A DNA stretch of 64,000 nucleotides from Gammaproteobacteria bacterium (GTDB lineage: Bacteria > Pseudomonadota > Gammaproteobacteria > Eutrophobiales > Eutrophobiaceae), in the NCBI GenBank assembly GCA_965222155.1, contig CBDCTH010000012.1, positions 3,040,001 through 3,104,000 on the forward strand, given 5' to 3'. Made by a program: the position numbers and the translations under genes. Under the pieces are notes generated by a model. The model had not been told where the DNA came from. It saw nothing but the letters and a program-made list of their open reading frames with translations, and did no database searches. The number at the start of each line of letters is the position of its first letter. Positions within the stretch are counted from its first letter, which is position 1. Of the stretch, positions 10,066-18,793 are shown piece by piece.

Positions 10066-10837
10066 TCCGACCCTGTCGGGCAAAAAAGTCTGGGTAACAA
10101 GGCCCGCACAGCAGGCGGCTGAACTCTGCAGAGTGATTAAGGAAAGGGGAGGCGCGCCGCTGAATTTACCGACCCTGGTCATCCGGCCTGTCCCGGATGA
10201 AGACCGGATAGTAGAAAACCAGCGGCGTCTGGCAGATGCGGATATCGTCATCTTTATCAGCAAAAATGCCGTTGTCCATGCCATGGCCCTGTTCCCGCAT
10301 ATTGTCGATGTATTACAGCAAAAGACCGTCCTTGCCGTCGGGCGGGCAACAGCCGGTACTTTGCTGGCTCTGGGACTCAAGCGAGTCGGGCATATCGACA
10401 ATGGCGGAAGCGAAGCCTTGTTGCAGATGCCGGTATTGTCCGGGACGGAAATAAGGGATAAACGGGTTGTTATTATGCGCGGCCAGGGCGGCCGCGAGGT
10501 ATTGCGGGACAGCTTGCTTGGCCGTGGCGCCGGCGTGGATTACCTGGAAGTATACCGGCGCGATAAGCCTCATATAAGTCGGGCAGACATGGCGAAATTC
10601 TGGCATGATGAGAGACCGGATGCCGTGATCATCACCAGCCTGGCAGGGCTGGATAACCTGGTCGAGTTAATGCCGGCCGGCGCAAGCGAGCGCTTATATG
10701 GAACCGCCATAGTCGTGATGAGCGATCGAATAAAGCAACGCGCGTTGCACGCAGGGTTTCTTCGCGTAGCCGTAGCGACGGATAACAGCGATGCCGGCCT
10801 GGTTGATGCTTTGATGAACATGAACGAGAGCAACTGA
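10052..10837 (+). CDS. hemD: Uroporphyrinogen-III synthase
   Basis: VTRP, IFISKNAV, AVGRATA, SEALL, RGQGGRE, EVYRR; start placed at ATG 10052. Confidence 0.92.
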   Translation: MQGSDPTLSGKKVWVTRPAQQAAELCRVIKERGGAPLNLPTLVIRPVPDEDRIVENQRRLADADIVIFISKNAVVHAMALFPHIVDVLQQKTVLAVGRATAGTLLALGLKRVGHIDNGGSEALLQMPVLSGTEIRDKRVVIMRGQGGREVLRDSLLGRGAGVDYLEVYRRDKPHISRADMAKFWHDERPDAVIITSLAGLDNLVELMPAGASERLYGTAIVVMSDRIKQRALHAGFLRVAVATDNSDAGLVDALMNMNESN

Positions 10838-10840
10838 AAA

Positions 10841-12004
10841 GTGAACAACAAGGTCGATGAAACAACTGAGGTAAAGGTTGCTGAACAAGCCGCCGCCGGA
10901 ATTGCCGAAGAGGCGGGCACTGGCGTCACTGAAGAAACCAATTCGATTGACGCCGGGACGAAACCCGAAACAGCGGACAGCACAAGCGCCGGCAAGCGCC
11001 GAGCTGGGGGCCGGCCCAGGGGTATTATCCTGTTCCTTATCGTGCTGCTTCTCGTAACTGCGGGTGCGGCAGGTTATTTTATTTTCGACCTCAGCAAAGC
11101 CAGGAAAGCCAGTGAAGCCGAACTTCAATCCCAGGCAGCCAGGCTGGATGTGCTGCAACAGAGTGCTGTGTCCCTGGCTGAAAACACCCGTCTACTTGAT
11201 ACCCGGTTGACCAGGACCAATGAACAGCTCGGCGGGGTGTTACACAACTTAACCAGCTTGCTCCGACAGGGAAACAACGATGTCGGCTGGCAACTGGCGG
11301 AACTGAAATACCTTTTCCTGATCGCCTCCCACCGTCTGGCGCTGGCCGGGGATGTGGACACGGCAAAAGCTATTTTACAATCTGCCGATACCAGGCTCAG
11401 GGAAATCGCCGACCCGGCGCTTATCCCCGTACGGGAACAGTTGATTGCGGATATCAACCGGTTGAATGAGGTGCCGCGTACAGATTATAGCGGTCTTGCC
11501 CTGATGCTGGGCGATCTGGCTCGCCGGGCGGATCGACTACCGCTGAAATTCAACTGGAGCGCTGAGCAAACGGTCGTAACGGCCAACGAAGATCCGATCG
11601 GGACGGGAAACAGCTGGCAGCACCTGGCCCGGGGCCTGTGGCAGGAATTAAAATCCCTGCTTGTCATTTCCCGCACCGATAAAAACAATGCCGCGTTGTT
11701 GACGCCGCAGGAACGCTACTTTTTATACCAGAATTTGCGCTTGCAGCTTGAGGCGGCCCGTCTGGCGCTATTGATCAGAGATGATGGCCAGTTCCGTCAG
11801 TCCGTCAATTCCTGCACAGATTGGTTGAATGAATACTTCGATGTCGATGATGAACGAGTGCAAAACGCGTTGGCTTCCCTGGAAAGAACGGTCGGCATCG
11901 GTTTGCAACAGGCTGTTCCATCCATCGACGCGACACTACGCGCGCTTGATGAGTATCTGACGCGGCAAACCGGAATAATAACCGGCGGCGTTGCGCAACA
12001 GTGA
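10841..12004 (+). CDS. hemX: HemX family protein
   Basis: TM anchor, WQLAE..L..A..RL, FLYQNLRLQLEAARLALL; hemCDXY synteny. Confidence 0.88.
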   Translation: MNNKVDETTEVKVAEQAAAGIAEEAGTGVTEETNSIDAGTKPETADSTSAGKRRAGGRPRGIILFLIVLLLVTAGAAGYFIFDLSKARKASEAELQSQAARLDVLQQSAVSLAENTRLLDTRLTRTNEQLGGVLHNLTSLLRQGNNDVGWQLAELKYLFLIASHRLALAGDVDTAKAILQSADTRLREIADPALIPVREQLIADINRLNEVPRTDYSGLALMLGDLARRADRLPLKFNWSAEQTVVTANEDPIGTGNSWQHLARGLWQELKSLLVISRTDKNNAALLTPQERYFLYQNLRLQLEAARLALLIRDDGQFRQSVNSCTDWLNEYFDVDDERVQNALASLERTVGIGLQQAVPSIDATLRALDEYLTRQTGIITGGVAQQ

Positions 12005-12828
12005 GAATAGTGTTCACCTTGCTCACTGTGTTGCTTCTTGCAGTCGCTATGGGGTGGTGGTTGCAACAGGCTCCGGGGGCGGTGATATTTACCTATAAGG
12101 AATGGATAATCCAAACCAGTCTGGTTGTATTCGTGCTTGCCGCCATCGTCTTGTTCCTCCTGGTTTATGTTTTAATTCGGGCGTTGAAAAAGGTGCTGGG
12201 ATTGCCGACTGATCTGCGCCACTGGTCCGAATACAGGCGGCGCGGCTTAATGTCCGCGGAGCAGGCCAAAGCAAAGCAGTTGACCTTCCATGCCGGATTG
12301 CTGCGACAGGCCGGCAACGAACAGGACGGGATTGCGTTGGAAAACGCCTGGCGGGCTATTCCGAACAAGCTGAAAAAGGAAAGCTCCCTGATCGGCGCTT
12401 ACGTAACGGAACGCTTGCGCCATGGGAGCAGCAGTGATTGTGAAGCCATGTTGCGGCGCGTGCTCAAGAGGCAGTGGGATGCGGAGTTGGTGCGACTGTT
12501 CGGTCTGGTTGAAGGCAGGAATCTTAAGCACCAATTGGAATTTGCCGAGAACTGTCTGTCCCGATTTCCCCAGGATTCGGCATTGTTGCTGGCTCTGGGT
12601 CGCTTGTGCAAAAAAAATCACCTCTGGGGAAAGGCCAGAAGTTACCTTGAACAAAGCATACAGACCCGACCTGATCCCGCAAGCTGCCAGGAACTGGCAA
12701 CTCTGCTTGAGCTACAGGGAGAGCACGCCGCCGCCAGATCGTATTTCCAGGAGGGCCTGAACCTGGCAACCGGTGGGCACGTGACCGGCGAAACAGGGAC
12801 GGCGCTGGTGGAAATTAAAGAGCCTTGA
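12001..12828 (+). CDS. hemY: HemY-like TPR membrane protein, short (probable in-frame internal deletion)
   Basis: HemY_N TM region and C-terminal LLLALGRLC..LWGKARSYLE present, but only 275 aa. Confidence 0.8.
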   Translation: MRIVFTLLTVLLLAVAMGWWLQQAPGAVIFTYKEWIIQTSLVVFVLAAIVLFLLVYVLIRALKKVLGLPTDLRHWSEYRRRGLMSAEQAKAKQLTFHAGLLRQAGNEQDGIALENAWRAIPNKLKKESSLIGAYVTERLRHGSSSDCEAMLRRVLKRQWDAELVRLFGLVEGRNLKHQLEFAENCLSRFPQDSALLLALGRLCKKNHLWGKARSYLEQSIQTRPDPASCQELATLLELQGEHAAARSYFQEGLNLATGGHVTGETGTALVEIKEP

Positions 12829-12854
12829 ATTTGGGAAAGGGTAAACAGGGCTTG

Positions 12855-13169
12855 TTATGAGGCGCTGACATGAAGGTCAATCCCCTCATTCTTACGTAGC
12901 AATGCTACCAGCGAAGAAATATTGTCAAGGCTGGGATTGCCGTTATCACTGAGCATACGCATCAGGCTTTGCGGTTTTTTATCCATAAGTTCTCCGAGTT
13001 GTTTAAAACCGAGAGTTGCATTGACGTAATCGCGCATCAGGACTTTTGCCACATTGACTTCATTATTCAGTAAGCATTCCGCCGCTTGTGTCAGCAAACC
13101 GACGCGAAATTCAGGATCGGTCTGTGCGCGTTCTTGAATCGTCACTTTAAAATCTCGAGTGAGTGCCAT
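12855..13169 (-). CDS. Addiction-module antitoxin (HigA-like HTH)
   Basis: MALTRDF..DPEFR..LMRDYVNATLGF..SLMRMLS..GNP. Confidence 0.85.
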   Translation of the reverse strand: MALTRDFKVTIQERAQTDPEFRVGLLTQAAECLLNNEVNVAKVLMRDYVNATLGFKQLGELMDKKPQSLMRMLSDNGNPSLDNISSLVALLRKNEGIDLHVSAS

Positions 13170-13171
13170 AA

Positions 13172-13501
13172 TCAGTTACTCCTCCTCTTGCGAGTTTTGT
13201 AGGCTTTCCAACGGGCATGTGCCGTTTGAATATCCTGGCCTTGCCGCTTCTTGGTGCCTCCACCTAAAAGAATGACTAATTCATTACCGCTTTTACTGTA
13301 GTAAATGCGGTATCCGGGGCCGACATCAACCTTGTGCTCGCTGACGCCCTGCCCGACAGATTTTGTGTTGGAGAAGTTGCCTTGCTCCATCCGCGCGATC
13401 GCAGTACGTACTTTCAATGCTGCTTGAACATTGAGGGACGAGAACCACTTGGCAAAAGGATGAGAGCCATCTTCTCCCTCATATTCAACAATTCCGACCA
13501 T
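13172..13501 (-). CDS. RelE/ParE-family addiction-module toxin
   Basis: PFAKWF..RMEQGNF..KSVG.GVSE..GPGYRIYY..LLGGGTK..Q..DI. Confidence 0.9.
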   Translation of the reverse strand: MVGIVEYEGEDGSHPFAKWFSSLNVQAALKVRTAIARMEQGNFSNTKSVGQGVSEHKVDVGPGYRIYYSKSGNELVILLGGGTKKRQGQDIQTAHARWKAYKTRKRRSN

Positions 13502-13507
13502 GAAGGA

Positions 13508-13535
13508 AAGATAACATATATGTTATTATTGTCAA
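13508..13535 (-). promoter_or_regulatory. TA promoter with palindromic operator
   Basis: TTGACA-N16-TATCTT ending 6 nt before the ATG. The perfect palindrome ATAACATATATGTTAT (13511-13526) overlaps the spacer and -10. Confidence 0.65.
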
Positions 13536-13536
13536 G

Positions 13537-13613
13537 CATTGTTGAAGTGTCTGATAAATGCCATTTGGCATGGAGCAGTTCCGATACCCCACCATCGGAA
13601 TGCCTGATACAAT
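13537..13613 (+). CRISPR. Vestigial type II-C array: one intact 36-nt repeat plus a degenerate partial repeat
   Basis: GTTCCGATACCCCACCATCGGAATGCCTGATACAAT (13578-13613) is 36 nt, runs GTT..TACAAT and lies 40 bp from cas2. CATTGTTGAAGTGTCTGATAAAT (13537-13559) aligns to its 3' 24 nt with seven transitions and one gap. Confidence 0.7.
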
Positions 13614-13624
13614 TCGTGTGGATG

Positions 13625-13637
13625 TAACTTGTTGATT
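13625..13637 (-). promoter_or_regulatory. IHF site in the CRISPR leader
   Basis: AATCAACAAGTTA on the minus strand, an exact WATCAANNNNTTR match, 11 bp from the repeat. Confidence 0.55.
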
Positions 13638-13653
13638 AGTAAAGACGTGGCCC

Positions 13654-13986
13654 TTAGAAAAGTGCTATCTGGCATGGTTCTGAGGGCCGTTTCTTTACTT
13701 TTTTCCTACCGAAAAACTCCCTTGTCATACCGTATTGCTTATCAGTCAGCAGGTAAAAAGAGACATGTGCGTCTTCGGGAATACCCGAAATCAGGCGATT
13801 GATCAGGGCGTCAGCGGCGGCGAAAGTAGGACAATGACGCAGGTAGACCGAGAATTGGTGTTGGGTGAAATTATTTTTCAATAGCAGTTTCCGGAAGACC
13901 ATGTAGGCATGTCGGTTCTCTGGGGTGCCGACAGGCGCGTCGTATAGAGCCATAACCCACACTATCCGCCAGGCGTTGGCTGGCAT
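13654..13986 (-). CDS. cas2: CRISPR-associated Cas2
   Basis: W.MALYDAPV, Y..FRKLLL...F...QFSVY.R, LTDKQY. Confidence 0.93.
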   Translation of the reverse strand: MPANAWRIVWVMALYDAPVGTPENRHAYMVFRKLLLKNNFTQHQFSVYLRHCPTFAAADALINRLISGIPEDAHVSFYLLTDKQYGMTREFFGRKKVKKRPSEPCQIALF

Positions 13987-14873
13987 GGCAATCCCGGTGC
14001 ATTTATGCTGGTTTGTTTTCCATTAAGAATGCGAGTTAAGCTGGCCACGGTTTCCGCTATGGCAGGAGGGAGTCGAAAAGTACGTCCCGCAAGTTCTACT
14101 TCGCTAGAAAGAAATCCCATCAAAGCAACCCGCGCTGTGCCGTCGAAGGGTATGTTGTCGCTTCGTGCAATCACTTGCCGCTCAACGGTAAAACGGTATG
14201 GTTCCATCAAGTCATCAGCAAGATTAAAAGGGTTTTCCGAACTGTGGTGACCCAACCCCAAAGCCGGATTGAGACCGGCGGCAGCGATTTCCCGGGCAAC
14301 AAGCGAACGTAACACGGCAAAACCGAAATTAAGCCGAACATTGAGTGGTTCTGTAGCGCCACGTTTTTCCCGGCGTATCCCTTCCGGCAAGAGATGTCGC
14401 CAATAATGGCGACTCGCTTGAGCTTCAAGGTTGCTTCTATCTCCCGGTTCTACTCTGCGGCATAGACGTTCTAATCGTAGTGCGCCCTTGCGACTAAAAT
14501 AACGCAGGTTCATGGCTTGGGTAGCTATACGACTTTGTACCAGTTGGCTCCACAAAAGCTTCTGCTTCTCTGTGCCATCCAGTCCCATTTGTTGCCGCAG
14601 GCGGCGCACCAGTACGGAACCACCAACCCAGGGCCACAAGACTCCGCTGGGATTATGGTGCTCATCAGTAACCAGTATCATGCTTCCGGCTTGAGCCAGG
14701 GCGCGTAACACATGGACGCTAAGGCGTATGGCATGGTGGTGCAGCACCAATACGGCGATGTCGTCTGGCAAAATGAACGTATCTTCCATTTTCTGGCGGC
14801 GGATACGCAAGCGGCCATTCCGTATGGCTATTTCTGCTGGATTCTCAATCAGCAGAATTCGATGGGCAGGCAT
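13962..14873 (-). CDS. cas1: Type II CRISPR-associated Cas1
   Basis: GDRSNLEAQASRHYW, N.RLNFGFAVLRS, LGLGHH..NPFNLADDLMEPYR (catalytic E/H/D present). Confidence 0.95.
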   Translation of the reverse strand: MPAHRILLIENPAEIAIRNGRLRIRRQKMEDTFILPDDIAVLVLHHHAIRLSVHVLRALAQAGSMILVTDEHHNPSGVLWPWVGGSVLVRRLRQQMGLDGTEKQKLLWSQLVQSRIATQAMNLRYFSRKGALRLERLCRRVEPGDRSNLEAQASRHYWRHLLPEGIRREKRGATEPLNVRLNFGFAVLRSLVAREIAAAGLNPALGLGHHSSENPFNLADDLMEPYRFTVERQVIARSDNIPFDGTARVALMGFLSSEVELAGRTFRLPPAIAETVASLTRILNGKQTSINAPGLPCQPTPGG

Positions 14874-17730
14874 CTTTTACCAACACAAGTTTTTTTATCT
14901 GTACCTCCTTCATCAATATACGTCGCGGTTTTTTAACCTTACCAAGGTCTGTTATTGCTTCGGTGACCGGACATACCCACAGTGGGTAGTTACTTTGATT
15001 TAACTGTTTTATAACATAATGACTTCCATTTGTGTCCTTTATAGTGTCACTCTTGTGTAGTCTTACGATTCCCGATGAGGGATGTTTTCCTTCCTGTTTT
15101 ATAGCTTCATGCGATCTTATGAAACGCAGTTCTGAATTTGAATCATTTTTATCGAATTCTAAACAGGCATATCCTGCAGGCTTCAAGTATTTGTAAAGGT
15201 TGGGATTACGATTACCATGCCTCACTTGCAGTGCATCGGGCGCCTTATCGCCTTTAATAAGTACCCTTCTTATAAGTGTACCCCAGCCAGGATGACGAAC
15301 GGTGTTTAGCGCTTGTTCGGGATTTACGCCTGCTGCAATGTTTTCTTTAAATGTCTTTTTGATTATCGTGCGGGTGGAATCGGGCAGAATATCGTTAATC
15401 TTTTCACGTACTCTATCCGTTGAGAGTGCCTTGCCGTTTTTGTCTCTCGTAAGGTCAGTCAGTTTTTTACGCTGGGCATAAAATAGTTCCCCATCTTCTT
15501 CTCTGATAGTAGAAGGGTTTTCTTTAAACATATTTCCGGTAGGCCAGCGGTCGGGACGGTGGCTGGGTCGACAGTTACGAACCAATTCCAAAGCTTGCTT
15601 GCGGATATCTTTCAAAGCTGGTTCGGCATAAAGGCGTAATTTCTTTTTGCTCGAATCTGTAACCTTTTTATAGTCCGTCGCCATGCACTGATACAAACCA
15701 CGGGTCGTTAGCGAGATAACAAGCGCGTCCACCAGATGATGGCGATGGTCGATACGTTTGTTCAGCCGGCGGTGGGTGCACTTGTCTTCGTCCACATGGT
15801 GCCCTTCCCAATAAGTACGGTATTTTTCGAAATCATCCTTTGACACTATACAGGCGTTCTGAACAGATTCTGCCTTATTGGGGTGATAATCTGCATCAAA
15901 CACGGGCATTCCTTCCTCGTAGCGAACCTGTGGGATTACCGTATCCAAGCCCCAGTTCCGGCGCAAATGAGCAGTGAGCAAGCCGCGGCTGACGGAAACA
16001 TTGGAACAGATACTCCGCAACCATTTTCCACAGGCTTTCGCAATCCAGGCAGTTTCCTGGAATTGCCTGTCGGTGAAATCATTGATGGCTATATCATCTA
16101 ATGCCTCGGTTTCAAAATCCCTTATCAGCAATTGCCGCGCTTTACCCTTATGTTTGAAAGTCCTTTCGTTACCGTCAATGGTTACTTTATAGCCGGCCTC
16201 GAATTGCGCGGCCCGACATTTGATGATGTCCCAGCGGTCCGGATCTCGTCCTTGCCCCCATTTCTGCCATGGGGTCATATTGTCTTTTTGCTGGTTACAT
16301 GCCTTATGCGCCAGCACCAGGAAATCTCGCTTTTTACCAATTCGAGTTAATGACTTTGGAAGAATATGTTCGTATTCCGTACTGTTGCCATTGATTGCAG
16401 CGCTGACGCAGATACATTCATTACAATAAGGGCAATATTTTTGTCCTTGCTCCTCCCATAACAGGTAACGCGTAATTTGTGATTGACTGGCTTCTTTTTC
16501 CGTGTGTTTCTTGATTTCGCCCGCTGCCCATTTGCGCCGTTTTTCATTTCTCCGCATCTTTGTTGTAATCTCACCGCGAGTTTTAAGACCTGTCTTCATA
16601 TCCCTGTTGAGTTCGATAATGATTTCACTCGGCGTTGTTCCTAACTGGCTAATGGCGGCGTTTATTTCACGGCGGACTTGGCCTAGTGATACGTCAACCA
16701 CAGTATTGCCAGTCGTTTCATGTTTTGGAAGTTCTCCGCTTAATTGATCTTGGAGCGGCTTATGGAAATCAGGATAAGCTGTCTCAATAGCACCATGTTC
16801 ATCTGTTTCCCGTTCTCGCATGATGGCTGTAATTTTGCTCAGGGCCTTGATGGAATAGCTGGACCTGCCGTCGTCAAGACCCATCTTCCTAAGACGATCA
16901 AATTTTCCACTGTCCAGCATTTTGTTAATGAAATCTCGGACTTCCGGTTTGATCCTGCGGTTAGCGACTTTCTTCGCTCCCTTCAGGTTCTTATCCCAAT
17001 CCGGGGTATCAAATACTTCCGGCGAACCCATATCTGCCAGCAGGTTGATAACACTGATCTGGTGGTTTTGTGCCAATGCTTTCCACTCATTCAACAGGCC
17101 TATAAATTTCACGGCGGCCGCGGTTTTATCACCTGTAAGTGTCTCCCGTTCACCACGAGCAAGATTCAATTCCTTCCCTTGTGGCCCTGGACAGCCAGCC
17201 CTTTCCAGTGCTTGATATAGGGAGCTGAATTTGACTTCTTTTCTACTTTGCAACTGGCCTCTGATGACTTCTTTTTGTTGTGAAGACAAGGACAGTGCAT
17301 TTCGAGTTGTGCCCCAACGCAGGTCAGCAATCTGTTTTTCAATACGAAATCCCTGCATGGCTGGTTGTGCCATGGGCGCTCGGGGCAGCATCGGTTCCAA
17401 TGAACAGTTGCCAACCATGGCCGCAGGAGATTTATGTGGTCGTTGCCTGATAATGGCCCGACAAAAATGTTCTCGTAAGGGTTTTCCGTTGAACTTAATC
17501 TTGAGTGCCGAATGATATTTTTCCTGAGTTTCCCATATATGATTGAATTCATCTTCCAGCATCTGGCGGTCAGCAAATAAACCATCTTCCTTGAGTCGCA
17601 AATGCTTACCGTCCTGGATACGTTTCAAAAGATATTGCCCCAACGTCTCACAGCCACACTCTTTCATAATAGCTTTCAAGTTGTTGATACCTGTTTCGGT
17701 GTACAGGTAAAGGCAACAAGACGCACACAT
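14845..17730 (-). pseudogene. cas9: Type II-C Cas9 lacking RuvC-I and the bridge helix (5' truncated, remainder open)
   Basis: REC (TLGQYL, RQMLEDEF..IW, QRP..VGNCSLEP), RuvC-II IIIELNRD, HNH CPYC..EHILP..N..K, RuvC-III DHRHHLVDA. No GLDxG or Arg-rich helix is present before prk. Confidence 0.85.
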
Positions 17731-17802
17731 GGAGAAAATAGATGAATGGACTCAACCCCCGATAATTGCTTGGCAAGGTGAAACAAAGAGTGAAGCAAGA
17801 GT

Positions 17803-18684
17803 TCAGTTGTGAGTCGTTTCCTTGGCCGCCATTATCCGCTTGACAAGCGGTTCAATAATCAGCTGGATGGCAAAGTTCGTTTTGCCGGCAGGGATCACAA
17901 TCGTATAGGGTGTGGACATGAAAGAACCATGCAGCATTTCCAGCAGGTAAAGGAAATCGACCGCCAGCTTGTCCCGGTTACGCACATGGATGACGGTAAA
18001 ACTCTCGTCGCTGGAAGGGATATGCACGGCCCCGAACGGATTGGCGGTATCGACGGTCGGTACCCGCTGCAGGTTGATGTCAGTGCGGGAGAATTGCGGG
18101 GTGATATAGTGAACATAATCATGCATGCGTTCCAGGATCATGTCGGTGGCATCTTCGATGCTGTAGCCGCGAACTGCCTTGTCCCGCTGGATTTTCTGGA
18201 TCCATTCCAGGTTGATAATGGGTGTGATGCCGATAAGCACATCGACGTATTGGGCGATGTTTACCTCACCAGTGATCAGGCCGCCGTGCAGACCCTCGTA
18301 AAGCATTAAATGCGTATTTTCAGGCAGGGATTTCCAGGGTGTCAGTGTGCCGGGCGACCCACCGTGACGCGCAGCATCTGCGTCATTGTGAATATAATGA
18401 CGCTGTTTGCCCGTGCCGTATTCGGCATATTCCCTGAACCCGGCTTCAAGTTCCGCGAACAGGTTTCCTTCAGGTCCGAAGTGGGTAATGTGCCTGCCAT
18501 CGTCCATGGCTTCCCGGCCAAGACGCTCCATTTCCTCACGGTTATAGCGGTGGTAGCTGTCTCCTTCTACCACTGCGGCCTTGATACCCTGGCGATTGAA
18601 GATTTTCTCGAACGCTTCCTTGATATTGGTCGTCCCGGCCCCGGATGAGCCGGTCACGGCGATTATGGGGTGTTTTTTTGACAT
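17803..18684 (-). CDS. prkB: Phosphoribulokinase
   Basis: HPIIAVTGSSGAGTT, EGDSYHRY, YEGLHG, NLEWIQKI.RD...RGYS, QRVPTVDT.NPF. Confidence 0.93.
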   Translation of the reverse strand: MSKKHPIIAVTGSSGAGTTNIKEAFEKIFNRQGIKAAVVEGDSYHRYNREEMERLGREAMDDGRHITHFGPEGNLFAELEAGFREYAEYGTGKQRHYIHNDADAARHGGSPGTLTPWKSLPENTHLMLYEGLHGGLITGEVNIAQYVDVLIGITPIINLEWIQKIQRDKAVRGYSIEDATDMILERMHDYVHYITPQFSRTDINLQRVPTVDTANPFGAVHIPSSDESFTVIHVRNRDKLAVDFLYLLEMLHGSFMSTPYTIVIPAGKTNFAIQLIIEPLVKRIMAAKETTHN

Positions 18685-18793
18685 GGCTCCCCTTGCATAA
18701 TGGATTATGGAGATTGTTTAAACAGCAATTCAGGAAGATGATACGGTATACTTTATCCTGGTAGGGCCGGTTTCTGTTAATTTTTTTGCCATC

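Noticed and set aside
13537-13577. Degenerate repeat plus ATGCCA/TGGCAT hairpin as a tracrRNA
   Set aside because: It has the same orientation as the repeat and matches its 3' part. With the expected GTT..TACAAT crRNA orientation it is better explained as a decayed terminal repeat. It is not fully excluded, because most of its substitutions are G-U compatible with a minus-strand repeat.
17803-18684. prk as evidence of Calvin-cycle autotrophy
   Set aside because: No RuBisCO or other cbb genes are in the window, and stand-alone prk homologues occur in heterotrophs.
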